Assembly: GCA_036567605.1 (NCBI GenBank)
Contig: DATCUE010000117.1
Span: 482-64,481 of the forward strand
DNA length: 64,000 nt
Source of the DNA: Candidatus Methanoperedens sp.
GTDB lineage: Archaea; Halobacteriota; Methanosarcinia; Methanosarcinales; Methanoperedenaceae
Direction of reading: 5' to 3'
Part shown: piece after piece, positions 19,147-28,300 of the stretch
How positions within the stretch are numbered: the stretch's first letter is position 1
Layout: every line of letters starts with the position of its first letter
Notes under the pieces: model-generated
Told to the model about the DNA's origin: nothing
Seen by the model: only the letters and a program-made list of their open reading frames with translations
Databases searched by the model: none
Translations under genes and position numbers: made by a program

Positions 19147-19772
19147 CTTATTTTCCCTGTCTTCATCGCGATTATGGTCTCCCCTGCTTTTACTTTATCA
19201 TTGATTCCAACTGTAAACACATAACTCGCAGGTAATATTACGTCAATACGCGAACCAAAACGTATCATGCCTATGCGCTCACCCCGCTTTACCTGGCTCC
19301 CCTCGCTGATGTATGACACGATGCGCCTTGTCAGTACCCCGGCGATCTGGGTCAATTCAAGAGTTCCATGTTCAGTGTTTATTATAACGTGATTGCGCTC
19401 ATTCACGTATGAATCCTTATTGAATGCCGGTATATACCCCCCCGGCTTATAATTAATATGAGTGACTGTCCCGCCAAGAGGTGCGCGGTTCACATGTACG
19501 TTGTGGATATTCATGAAAATGCAGATCGTCCTATTCTTCAGGGATATCACTTTACCATCTGCCGGCGAAACTGCATCATCCTCATCCCCGGATGGCAAGC
19601 GTACAGGATCGCGGAAAAAAATAAAAAAAAAGGCTGATAGAAGTATGCCAATGATGAAAAAGAGATATAGCATGATGGAAATATATCCCCCGGAAATCCT
19701 TGCCGAGTAGCCTGTGATAAAAGTGAAAAGCAATGCCGTGCCAATCCAGGAAAATGAACCCCTAGCCAGCAT
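19143..19772 (-). CDS. psd: Archaetidylserine (phosphatidylserine) decarboxylase proenzyme
   Basis: 209 aa. FMNIHNVHVNRAP and the GERIGMIRFGSRIDV processing region (G-S) are typical of short Psd/Asd proteins. 4-nt overlap with pssA. Confidence 0.8.
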   Translation of the reverse strand: MLARGSFSWIGTALLFTFITGYSARISGGYISIMLYLFFIIGILLSAFFFIFFRDPVRLPSGDEDDAVSPADGKVISLKNRTICIFMNIHNVHVNRAPLGGTVTHINYKPGGYIPAFNKDSYVNERNHVIINTEHGTLELTQIAGVLTRRIVSYISEGSQVKRGERIGMIRFGSRIDVILPASYVFTVGINDKVKAGETIIAMKTGKIR

Positions 19773-20586
19773 TTTTGAAGATGCCTCCGACCAGGTTCAA
19801 AATACCGTCTATCATATCCAGGATTTCCGGAAGTATTTTTAAAACAGCATAGGCAATCAGGAACAATGCGATTAGAGAACCCGCCTTTGCAATGACAGTA
19901 TGCGCTATATAGAAACTTGTATCCGGGTCCCCGAACCAGTTCATCCCATAAGCATCAACCACAAAGACATTTCTTATCAGGTTCAAAACGTAGATCACCG
20001 GAACTGATACAAGAAATGCTGCTGCAAGCCTCTTGAATGGGGCGTTGGCGCTTGCGATTATCCCGATGAACAGGGCTATGCTTTCAATTGCCGTGCACGC
20101 AAGTATGATCTCGACCTTGTATCCGTTAACAGCTATGAGGTTCCAGTCCAGCCTTGTTATCATTATGCCTGAAACCGATGCAAGCCAGACTGTCTGGTCC
20201 GTGACCGTGGTGATTATCCATTCGTTCATAGGCCGGATCTCGGAAAAGATAAAATAAGAAATCCCTCCTATAGCTGCAGTAGTAGTGGCCATGAAAAGCG
20301 AATTTACAGTATTTATGCCATTTATATCCCTCAGAATCCTTTTGTCCTGGCGTATCATGACATAACCTAAAAAAAGACATAAGACTGTAGCAAGTAAGGT
20401 TACAACCACATTAACGTAATCGCCCAGGCTTGCATAATGGGGGGACTGAAGCAACCAGTGCACTGAAAATGCAGCCCACCCTGCACCTGCTACCCTGAAT
20501 TTCAACTTGTTTTGCTTTTGGATGATCGAGGCCGCAACGAGCAAACCCAGCGCCAGCCAGAGTATGTTTTCTATCATAACTGCCAC
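19762..20586 (-). CDS. artA: Archaeosortase A-like integral membrane protein
   Basis: 274 aa, polytopic. Candidate catalytic Cys in EIILACTAIESIALF, Arg in NLIRNVFV, His in YIAHTVIAK, as in exosortase/archaeosortase. Synteny with psd and pssA supports the call. Confidence 0.7.
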   Translation of the reverse strand: MAVMIENILWLALGLLVAASIIQKQNKLKFRVAGAGWAAFSVHWLLQSPHYASLGDYVNVVVTLLATVLCLFLGYVMIRQDKRILRDINGINTVNSLFMATTTAAIGGISYFIFSEIRPMNEWIITTVTDQTVWLASVSGIMITRLDWNLIAVNGYKVEIILACTAIESIALFIGIIASANAPFKRLAAAFLVSVPVIYVLNLIRNVFVVDAYGMNWFGDPDTSFYIAHTVIAKAGSLIALFLIAYAVLKILPEILDMIDGILNLVGGIFKNAG

Positions 20587-20676
20587 TACTGATTCATAAA
20601 AGGTTATATAACTTATTCAATGAAAATTTCCAATCAGAGTATATTTATACCCAATGACATGAATTAAAGAGATTTT

Positions 20677-22143
20677 ATGAATATATTAAGACGAGGGCGG
20701 TTGCCGGCTGAACAGGACACGGACATCATGCGTTTCACTTCATCGATGGATGCCGACAGGCGGATATTTGAGGCAGATATCGAGGTTGATAAAGCTCATG
20801 TTGTCATGCTCAGGGAACAGGAAATTATAAATGCCGGGGATTGTTCGGCTATCCTCTGTGGCCTTGATAAAATAAAAAAAGAAGGTATTGAGGCTCTTGA
20901 CACCTCATACGAGGATGTCCATATCGCCCTTGAGGCAAAGCTTATAGAAATCGTGGGGGAGGACACGGGGGGGCGGATGCACTCTGCCCGTTCAAGAAAC
21001 GATGAGGTAGCTACATGTATACGCCTATCGCTCCGAGAAGACCTGCTGGACCTCATGGATGAAGTGCAAAGCCTTGCTGCAACCCTTGTTGATAAAGCCG
21101 CGAAAAATAGAGAAACCATAATGTCGGGTTATACGCATACACAGCATGCGCAGCCCACAACGCTTGCGCATCATTTCCTTGCCCACTCAAATGCGTTTTT
21201 GCGCGATATTCTGAGGCTGAAAGGGGCCTACGAGCGCACGAACCAGAACCCTCTCGGCGCTGCGGCCTTTGCCTCCACAGGTTTCAAAATAGACAGGAAG
21301 AGGACAGCAGAACTCCTTGGATTTGACACTGTTATGGAGAACTCGATGGATGCGGTCAGCACACGTGATTTTATGATTGAAAGTATGAGTTGTTTTTCCA
21401 ACCTGATGACGGATCTTGGCAGGCTGGCTGAAGAACTCATACTGTGGAGTTCATCAGAATTCGATTTTATCGAACTTGACGACAGGTACTCATCCACATC
21501 ATCAATAATGCCACAAAAGAAAAATCCAGATATTGCAGAGCTCATGCGGGGAAAGACCGGGACTGTTCACGGCGCGCTGATGTCAGTATTAACAGTGTGC
21601 AAGGCGCTTCCATACAGCTATAACCGCGACCTCCAGGAAGCCACACCGCACCTGTGGCGCGCCACTGATACTGCACGGTCATGTGTGCGTATGGCAGAAG
21701 GCATGATCCGGACGATGAAGATAAGAAAAGAAAAGATGAAAAGTGCATCGGATACAGGATTTATGACCGCTACAGAGCTTGCGGACACAATTGTCCGTTC
21801 CACGGGAATCCCTTTCAGGACTGCTCATCATATCGTGGGTTCGAGCGCAAAAACCGGGAGAATCCCTTCCCTTTCAGAGCTGGATGAATTTTCATTAGAG
21901 ATCATACATGAGAAATTAAGCGAAAGGGGCCTTTCCGAGAAAGAAGTTATAGAAGCCCTTGACCCCGCAAAGAACATAAACAAAAGAAGCACCCGGGGAG
22001 GTCCTGCGCCAAAGGAAACCGGACGCCAGATAGCATCGACGAAGAAAAAACTTGCAGGCATCAACAGCAATATCAGCCTTTATCGAGAAAAGATAACCAG
22101 AGCTGTGGAAAAACTTGATAAAGCATGCAAAAAATATTCATGA
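20677..22143 (+). CDS. argH: Argininosuccinate lyase
   Basis: 488 aa. HSARSRNDEVATC, SGYTHTQHAQPTT and the SSIMPQKKNPD signature are present. Confidence 0.95.
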   Translation: MNILRRGRLPAEQDTDIMRFTSSMDADRRIFEADIEVDKAHVVMLREQEIINAGDCSAILCGLDKIKKEGIEALDTSYEDVHIALEAKLIEIVGEDTGGRMHSARSRNDEVATCIRLSLREDLLDLMDEVQSLAATLVDKAAKNRETIMSGYTHTQHAQPTTLAHHFLAHSNAFLRDILRLKGAYERTNQNPLGAAAFASTGFKIDRKRTAELLGFDTVMENSMDAVSTRDFMIESMSCFSNLMTDLGRLAEELILWSSSEFDFIELDDRYSSTSSIMPQKKNPDIAELMRGKTGTVHGALMSVLTVCKALPYSYNRDLQEATPHLWRATDTARSCVRMAEGMIRTMKIRKEKMKSASDTGFMTATELADTIVRSTGIPFRTAHHIVGSSAKTGRIPSLSELDEFSLEIIHEKLSERGLSEKEVIEALDPAKNINKRSTRGGPAPKETGRQIASTKKKLAGINSNISLYREKITRAVEKLDKACKKYS

Positions 22144-22207
22144 TTATTCATATCAAAATATATTACGGCAAAATATTAATACCAGGTATAATCCTTAGAG
22201 AGTAGAT

Positions 22208-23329
22208 ATGATTGAGGATAACGCAGGCATTACCGTTGTTACTGAAAAAAAAGAGCAAAATAATGTTATTTCTGTGCCCCAATCTGACGGCAAACGCGCA
22301 TTCTGTGTGGCGCTTCCGGTATCCGGGGGGAAGCCGTTAAGATTGATGGGGGATAGCCCGCATGAATTTATCCCGATATTAAAAGATTCATCTGTCGCCT
22401 GGTTAAACTTTCCGGTAAAGGACATAAATAAAGATGCAGAAATCATCGGAATGGCCCTTGGATTCAGTTCTACCCTCGTACCCGCACTTCTTTCAAGTTA
22501 TCTATCTGCCTATGAAGACAGGGACACTGAACTGGGATTGATGCTTCCTGCGGTTGCAGTAAAGAAATTCGATGTCCTGATAAGCCCGATATTGATTTTA
22601 ATAAGAAAAGACCTGATTCTCACTATCCATGAAGAGAATGTGAACCGCCTGATACGTTTTTCCCGCTATGCGGATGCTTTCATCAGGAAAATCAAGCCGC
22701 ACCTCGTGACAGAGGACAAATTATCAATAATCCTCACGCGAATAATCGATGAGAACAGTAACAGCAATTTTGAACACCTGAGGAAACTTGAGGCACAGGG
22801 AGACGAGTTGAGCAAGAACCTCCTCGATCCTATGGCACCAAGGGGAATGATAGCTCCTGAGATATATAACATGAAACACGCCCTGATAAGCTACATGGAT
22901 ACGCTCTGGGCTACCCTGGATGTCGTAAATTCTCTCAGGCACGGCGATGCGGAACTAATTACGGATAATCCTAAATTGCTTGCCAGAATAGGAATACTCT
23001 CAGATGACATAAACAGGCATATATCACTCAGCGAGCACATGTCCGATGTTCTGGCCTCGGGTCTTGAAGTTCTCCAGAGCATATACAACAACCAGCTGCA
23101 GATATTGAATAACAGGCTCGCTCTCGTTGTAGGCTGGCTCACCCTGCTCGGGACGGCAGTGCTTGTGCCAAATACTCTCGCAACGGTTTTCGGGAATGCA
23201 GCTTTTGAGATGGGACCTGAGGATAAAGGGTGGTTCTCGGTTCTTCTCATTGTATCAACGATAATCTCGACATGGCTGGCTTACTGGTGGGTAAAAAAGA
23301 AAGGATTGATGCCTACAAAAGTGGAATGA
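22208..23329 (+). CDS. CorA-like divalent cation transporter family protein with a non-canonical pore motif
   Basis: 373 aa. Two C-terminal TM helices and a basic tail as in CorA. ATVFGNAAFEMGPE occupies the place of the YGMNFxxMPE motif. Confidence 0.6.
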   Translation: MIEDNAGITVVTEKKEQNNVISVPQSDGKRAFCVALPVSGGKPLRLMGDSPHEFIPILKDSSVAWLNFPVKDINKDAEIIGMALGFSSTLVPALLSSYLSAYEDRDTELGLMLPAVAVKKFDVLISPILILIRKDLILTIHEENVNRLIRFSRYADAFIRKIKPHLVTEDKLSIILTRIIDENSNSNFEHLRKLEAQGDELSKNLLDPMAPRGMIAPEIYNMKHALISYMDTLWATLDVVNSLRHGDAELITDNPKLLARIGILSDDINRHISLSEHMSDVLASGLEVLQSIYNNQLQILNNRLALVVGWLTLLGTAVLVPNTLATVFGNAAFEMGPEDKGWFSVLLIVSTIISTWLAYWWVKKKGLMPTKVE

Positions 23330-24451
23330 CTATTTCTTTTTTAAAGTATCCGAAATTAACAGAAGTGCAAGCATCAATACGACTATTAAAACCAGCACCA
23401 GTACCATCGTCAGCATGACATCTTTCAAGGCGCCCCCTGCGGGCGTTTCCTCAACCACTGGTGTCTCAGTAAGCGCAGGAACAGGGGTCGGGGTAGGAAT
23501 CTGGATTGTCGCCGTCGGCGTTACCGCTGCTACTAAACCGGCTATATCTCCCACGGCGATTTTCACTATTCCGGAGTCGTCTATCGCAGCATATAAGAAT
23601 TTTTTGCCGTCGATGCTGAACTCAGGGCTTCGCTGCTTATAGTCAGAATCAACGAACGATCTCATACCCGTTCCATCCTGATTGATTGCGAATATTTTTT
23701 CATTAAATGATGTCAGGTTTTCATATGAAACGAATGTTATTGTACCATCCGGTCCCCAGGAAGGATAATTCTTTTTTATTTCGTCAAATGTGAGCTGCCT
23801 TCTTGCCGTTCCCTGGATATCCACTATGAAAAGCTCTTCTTTGGATTTTTCATTATAAGATACATAAACAATATTTTTGCCGTCAGGGCTTATTGAAGGG
23901 CTCCACTGCTTGGAATTATCCTGATAAACCGCTCTTTTTCCAGTGCCGTCTGAATTGACCATATACATCTTCTGATCTGCTTTTTCATCAAGCGATGTGT
24001 AAACCAGGAACTTGCCGTCAGGGCTCCAGGCAGGGGCAGCCCAGGCTGGTGGCTTATCTTCTGCCGAGTTGCCCTGCCTTGTATTATCGGGAATGAGCTG
24101 CTTGTTATCAGTGCCGTCAGGGTTCATGACAAAAATCTTCTGCAATCCATCTTTCCCGAATGAGACGTAGGCGATCTTATCGGGTCCCCAAGCAAGCCCC
24201 CATTTCTTAAGATTATCATCGGTAAGTTTTACTTTCCCGCTGCCGTCAGCATTTATTACAAATATTTGCTGGTTATGTGCTTCGTCATAAGCCGCGTAAG
24301 CGATTTTTGAGCCGTCTGGACTCAGGACGGGATCCCAGAGATTCGTTTCCTGGATATCAAGTTTCTTAACGTTCTCTACAGATATTGCACTTGCCCCTGT
24401 AACCATTGTCAGCAATATAATAAAGCAGACACCAGACCATAATTTACTCAT
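23330..24451 (-). CDS. Secreted PD40/TolB-like beta-propeller repeat protein with C-terminal membrane anchor
   Basis: 373 aa. Signal peptide ends TGASA. Repeated SPDG(S/K)xI(A/V)Y units (PD40 repeats). Pro/Thr linker, hydrophobic helix, KKK tail. Confidence 0.75.
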   Translation of the reverse strand: MSKLWSGVCFIILLTMVTGASAISVENVKKLDIQETNLWDPVLSPDGSKIAYAAYDEAHNQQIFVINADGSGKVKLTDDNLKKWGLAWGPDKIAYVSFGKDGLQKIFVMNPDGTDNKQLIPDNTRQGNSAEDKPPAWAAPAWSPDGKFLVYTSLDEKADQKMYMVNSDGTGKRAVYQDNSKQWSPSISPDGKNIVYVSYNEKSKEELFIVDIQGTARRQLTFDEIKKNYPSWGPDGTITFVSYENLTSFNEKIFAINQDGTGMRSFVDSDYKQRSPEFSIDGKKFLYAAIDDSGIVKIAVGDIAGLVAAVTPTATIQIPTPTPVPALTETPVVEETPAGGALKDVMLTMVLVLVLIVVLMLALLLISDTLKKK

Positions 24452-24511
24452 GAGGCATGAGTTGTAAGCAAAACATGATAAAGCTTACGCAGTGCTTTAT
24501 AAAGTTGAGGT

Positions 24512-25033
24512 TTATTTTAATACTATCTTATTAGTCATGCCGCAGCTTTTTCTTTCTATAAAACCCCTTCTTTCCAGGTAATCTAAAAGTCTTGTGACTT
24601 TGGCTCTTGAAAAATCAGATACCGTTATATCTTTTTGAAGGATCTCACCTTTTGCGTTATATACTATCTGATATATTTCCTTTTCATCCCCTGTTAGCGT
24701 TTCAAGGATTTTCTTCCATTTTTCTTGCGGACTATCAACCAAACTTGTTTCAGCAAATTTTTTTGGCTCCATCTCAGTTTGATATCGGCGCTCATGGCCA
24801 AAACTTAAATTGAGTAAATACATCAAGGACGAGCCTAAAAGTATAGAACCGATGCTTACTAATAAAACATCATCGAAAAAATAGATTTTTTTATCTTTCT
24901 CAAACTCAGCAGTACCGTTGTTAATGGAAATCGTAATTTCTGGATTTTCCAGAAGTTTGCCGGCGATAATGAACGTGCCGGATAACAGGAAGAGGAATGC
25001 TAACACGATTTTCCAGTTAAGTTCAACTTTCAA
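24512..25033 (-). CDS. Membrane-associated winged-helix transcriptional regulator (COG2512-like)
   Basis: 173 aa. Two N-terminal TM helices, then LTGDEKEIYQIVYNAKGEILQKDI...KVTRLLDYLERRGFIERK (wHTH). Confidence 0.6.
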   Translation of the reverse strand: MKVELNWKIVLAFLFLLSGTFIIAGKLLENPEITISINNGTAEFEKDKKIYFFDDVLLVSIGSILLGSSLMYLLNLSFGHERRYQTEMEPKKFAETSLVDSPQEKWKKILETLTGDEKEIYQIVYNAKGEILQKDITVSDFSRAKVTRLLDYLERRGFIERKSCGMTNKIVLK

Positions 25034-25872
25034 TTAGCTCGCTCCTCCTGCTTTGAGATATTCAAATACTTGATCCTGCGTGTATATCTAACCTCTACCC
25101 AACCTTTGCTTTCGTTCTCCTGAGATTCCTCTTCTATGCGTATACCGCACGGTTGAGACCCACAGAATCCGACCTCCAATAATAAATCACCTGTATTTTT
25201 CAAATTGCCTATATGGCCCGGAGCATCAATTATAACTACAGGTTCTTTTTGCCCTATATGGAATTCACGCTGGGCTTTTTCGAACTTCCCGTTAATCTCA
25301 TCGACCATCGCGCCGGTTTGCTCTTCATTTTGAATAACACTATAATTCAAGATTTTCAGTTTCACTCTATTGGACCCGCTATCTATTATCTCTAAAGCGT
25401 TATTGCTTATATTCAGGGAATAATTTTTGCCATATTCCCAGATTTCACCATAACTTTGGAAATCAATATTATACCTATTGAGGTCGGCAGCAAACACAGC
25501 ATTTGCTTCTATATCGGTCAAATTATGGTTGGTGTAAACCTTTGCGCTATAGAATGTTTTCGTTCCGCTGAATCTCAAAACCGGGCCAGATGGGTTATAC
25601 GATGAAGATTCGATAATAGTTCTGGGGAACAGATACCTTAGATCAATGCCTTCATTTTCAAGTGCTTTTTCTGCAATGGTCGTTAAATTTTTACCTTTTT
25701 CAGAATCTAAAGAAAGATATTTCTCTATTGGGATGACCCGCAGATATTTATCTTTTATGAATTCTTGCACAGCAGCCAAACCAACGCCAGCCAGGATTAC
25801 AACAACAATGAGTACAAGAATTTTCCAGTTTACCCGTTCTCTCCATAGTTGCTTTACTTTCTCCTCATTCAT
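25030..25872 (-). CDS. Hypothetical N-terminally anchored extracytoplasmic protein
   Basis: 280 aa, one TM helix (WKILVLIVVVILAGVGLAAV). 4-nt overlap with the downstream membrane wHTH gene. AT-rich. Confidence 0.45.
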   Translation of the reverse strand: MNEEKVKQLWRERVNWKILVLIVVVILAGVGLAAVQEFIKDKYLRVIPIEKYLSLDSEKGKNLTTIAEKALENEGIDLRYLFPRTIIESSSYNPSGPVLRFSGTKTFYSAKVYTNHNLTDIEANAVFAADLNRYNIDFQSYGEIWEYGKNYSLNISNNALEIIDSGSNRVKLKILNYSVIQNEEQTGAMVDEINGKFEKAQREFHIGQKEPVVIIDAPGHIGNLKNTGDLLLEVGFCGSQPCGIRIEEESQENESKGWVEVRYTRRIKYLNISKQEERAN

Positions 25873-26112
25873 ATATTAATTCTCTGTTGAATCTATGGGT
25901 GAAAGAACTTATATAGTTTTCCTGAAATCAATTTAAAATCCTTTTCAGAAATCGTCATAAAACCTAGATCGGCTGGCATAATTTTTAATTTCACTGTAAT
26001 TTTGTTCTAAATTACCCCAAAAAAGATATGGGCTCTAACCCCGATGCATGTATTCTCCCTTCTTCATGAGGGATTGATTCCTACATAATTATTTTTATTA
26101 GAGAAAGAGTAT

Positions 26113-27135
26113 TCACAAAGCTGTTATCCCAAGAGCCTTATTCGTCTTCTTAATAGATTTCATCCCGTCTTTTTCAATTTCAAGCAACGCCCTGATAGCA
26201 TCCACGTTCTCCGGGACGACATCAGATTCCTGGTGTATCGCCTGGAAGAAGTAGAGTTCGCCTTTATTAATAGATATCGAGTCCTTCCATACCACGTTCT
26301 CCCACATATCCCCTCTCGGCCTTCCCATGTCTTTTGCCAGTTCCATCGCCTCTGCTGTGGATTTTATTCTGTCCTTGCTGCTAACAAGCCTTATACGCGG
26401 CCTTTCTCCAAAAAGCTTGATGATGTCATCTTCACTGCAATTCTTTTCCAATTCGATATTCAACGCATGAAGATGCATGAGCGTGGTTGAGGTCTTGACT
26501 GCCATTGTTGTGATATCAATATCCGGGAGTATTGAATTAACATCAGGCCCGTGGTGGGATGGAAGCTTGATGGGGTCGGGCACGAGGGCGTTTATGGGGC
26601 CTGTTTTTATATCATTCGGGTCTGCTGCGCGCCTCATCAGGGTCACGCGGGCTTTCTTCACACCATATGTGGAATCAAGGGCATATAACACCCTGACAAG
26701 CCCGGTCGTATTGCATGAGACCACCCTCGCTAAATTCCTTCCAAAAGCCTCCCTGTAATTTGCCTCTGAATTGAATGAGAATCCTGTAAGTTCATGCTCC
26801 TCGCCACCCTGCCAGATTGCCTTGACACCGTGCTTTTCATAGAGCTTTTTGTATTCCTCGCCTGTATCTCCCGGGGTGGCATCGATAACGATCTCCGCTT
26901 CGTCCAGCAGGTCATCCAATGTGCCACTAACATCTATTTTTGATTTTTTGAATTCATCGATGTTCTCTTTTGCAGCAGCATAAATAGCGTAACCTTTCTC
27001 CCTGGCAATCCGCGCTTCAAAACTCGGCCTTGTTTTCACCACACCGATAATTTCCATGTCGTCCTGGACGGAAACTGCATCCGCAACGCGTTTCCCGATA
27101 GTCCCGTACCCGTTTATTGCGATTTTTGCCTTCAT
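26113..27135 (-). CDS. gap: Glyceraldehyde-3-phosphate dehydrogenase, archaeal type II
   Basis: 340 aa. MKAKIAINGYGTIGKRVADAV and VVSCNTTGL (catalytic Cys) are present. Confidence 0.93.
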   Translation of the reverse strand: MKAKIAINGYGTIGKRVADAVSVQDDMEIIGVVKTRPSFEARIAREKGYAIYAAAKENIDEFKKSKIDVSGTLDDLLDEAEIVIDATPGDTGEEYKKLYEKHGVKAIWQGGEEHELTGFSFNSEANYREAFGRNLARVVSCNTTGLVRVLYALDSTYGVKKARVTLMRRAADPNDIKTGPINALVPDPIKLPSHHGPDVNSILPDIDITTMAVKTSTTLMHLHALNIELEKNCSEDDIIKLFGERPRIRLVSSKDRIKSTAEAMELAKDMGRPRGDMWENVVWKDSISINKGELYFFQAIHQESDVVPENVDAIRALLEIEKDGMKSIKKTNKALGITAL

Positions 27136-27157
27136 CTGTTATCGTTCCCCTGATTAT

Positions 27158-27331
27158 TCAGCCATCTATTATAGCTTCCTGTTTTGTTAAATTAACATCA
27201 ATTATTCTTCCCTTGACGGTTTTAAGCTCGCCGAGCATGCCTTGAAGTTTGACAGAATCTCTTTCTGCCGTTATGCGTACCACATCTTCCATTATGGTGT
27301 TTCCTTTGAAGATTATCTTGAGCTCACACAT
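27158..27331 (-). CDS. CooT-family small protein (putative nickel-binding)
   Basis: 57 aa from MCELKIIFKGNTIMEDVVRI.... The N-terminal Met-Cys and size match my recollection of the CooT family. The upstream extension in the ORF track is hydrophobic and AT-rich and was not used. Confidence 0.45.
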   Translation of the reverse strand: MCELKIIFKGNTIMEDVVRITAERDSVKLQGMLGELKTVKGRIIDVNLTKQEAIIDG

Positions 27332-27404
27332 GACCGTTAAATCTGTTTTGACGATATTAATATTTATCATACCCTGCAACAATAAGGGGTTAAAGGCGTA
27401 AAAC

Positions 27405-28289
27405 ATGGCAGAGCTGAAAGGACTGGTAATTCCCGATTATACCATCATGGAGGAGCATTCGATAGTAGTTGATGGCGATGTTCTCGTGGGGAGTTATGCG
27501 GAAATGGGTTTCGGCCTGATAGGCAAGACCGTGGTGGCAGGGGAGCATGTGAAGATCAATGGCAATATTCTCTCAGAGGGCGACGTGAGAATAGATATGT
27601 GGTCTGAGATAACAGGAGAGATCAGGACAAAAACCGATGCCTATCTTGGGGAATTTGTGAAGGTTAATGGAAAGCTGTTTGCTGAGAATCTTGATGTTGG
27701 AAATAATGTCATAATAAGGGACGGGTATGAGGTCAAGGGCTGGCTTGAAATCCGAAATCCCCTGCCCGTTATAATGTTCATATTCTTTTATATGATAGCA
27801 TTATTGCGCCTTGGCAGCCAGGAAGAGGTTGAAAAGGCGCTTGAGGAGATGTTTCCGGATGATGTGTCCTCATACAGGGTAATGTCTGTACCCAACAAAT
27901 CAAAGATAGACCTTGATACCATAAAAACCACTTCACGTGCAGTAATCGGCAGCCATTGCAGGCTGCTTGGGAATATCCGCGCCCGTTCTGCATCCATAGG
28001 AAACCATGTGACCCTGTTCGGGAGCGTTCGTACAACTGGCAGTATCTCCACAGGCGCCGGATGTATCATACACGGCAATGTTGACTCCAGGGAAAAAGTG
28101 AAAGTAGGCAGGAACTCAAGGATACTGGGTAAAATAACGGCTGATACAATAATATTACATGAGACATCCAGAGTCGATGGAGAATTAGCTGCCACAAATG
28201 GCGTAACAATGGAAAAGGACGACCTTGAAGGGCTGGACGAGATTGAACAAAAGTTATTCTACGGATTTACGATGCTTGAGACCGTTTGA
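27405..28289 (+). CDS. Polymer-forming cytoskeletal (bactofilin-like) protein with two beta-helix halves and a central hydrophobic helix
   Basis: 294 aa. Repetitive G-x-V/I beta-helix-like strings on both sides of PLPVIMFIFFYMIALLRL. Confidence 0.6.
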   Translation: MAELKGLVIPDYTIMEEHSIVVDGDVLVGSYAEMGFGLIGKTVVAGEHVKINGNILSEGDVRIDMWSEITGEIRTKTDAYLGEFVKVNGKLFAENLDVGNNVIIRDGYEVKGWLEIRNPLPVIMFIFFYMIALLRLGSQEEVEKALEEMFPDDVSSYRVMSVPNKSKIDLDTIKTTSRAVIGSHCRLLGNIRARSASIGNHVTLFGSVRTTGSISTGAGCIIHGNVDSREKVKVGRNSRILGKITADTIILHETSRVDGELAATNGVTMEKDDLEGLDEIEQKLFYGFTMLETV

Positions 28290-28300
28290 GTTCATCAAAA

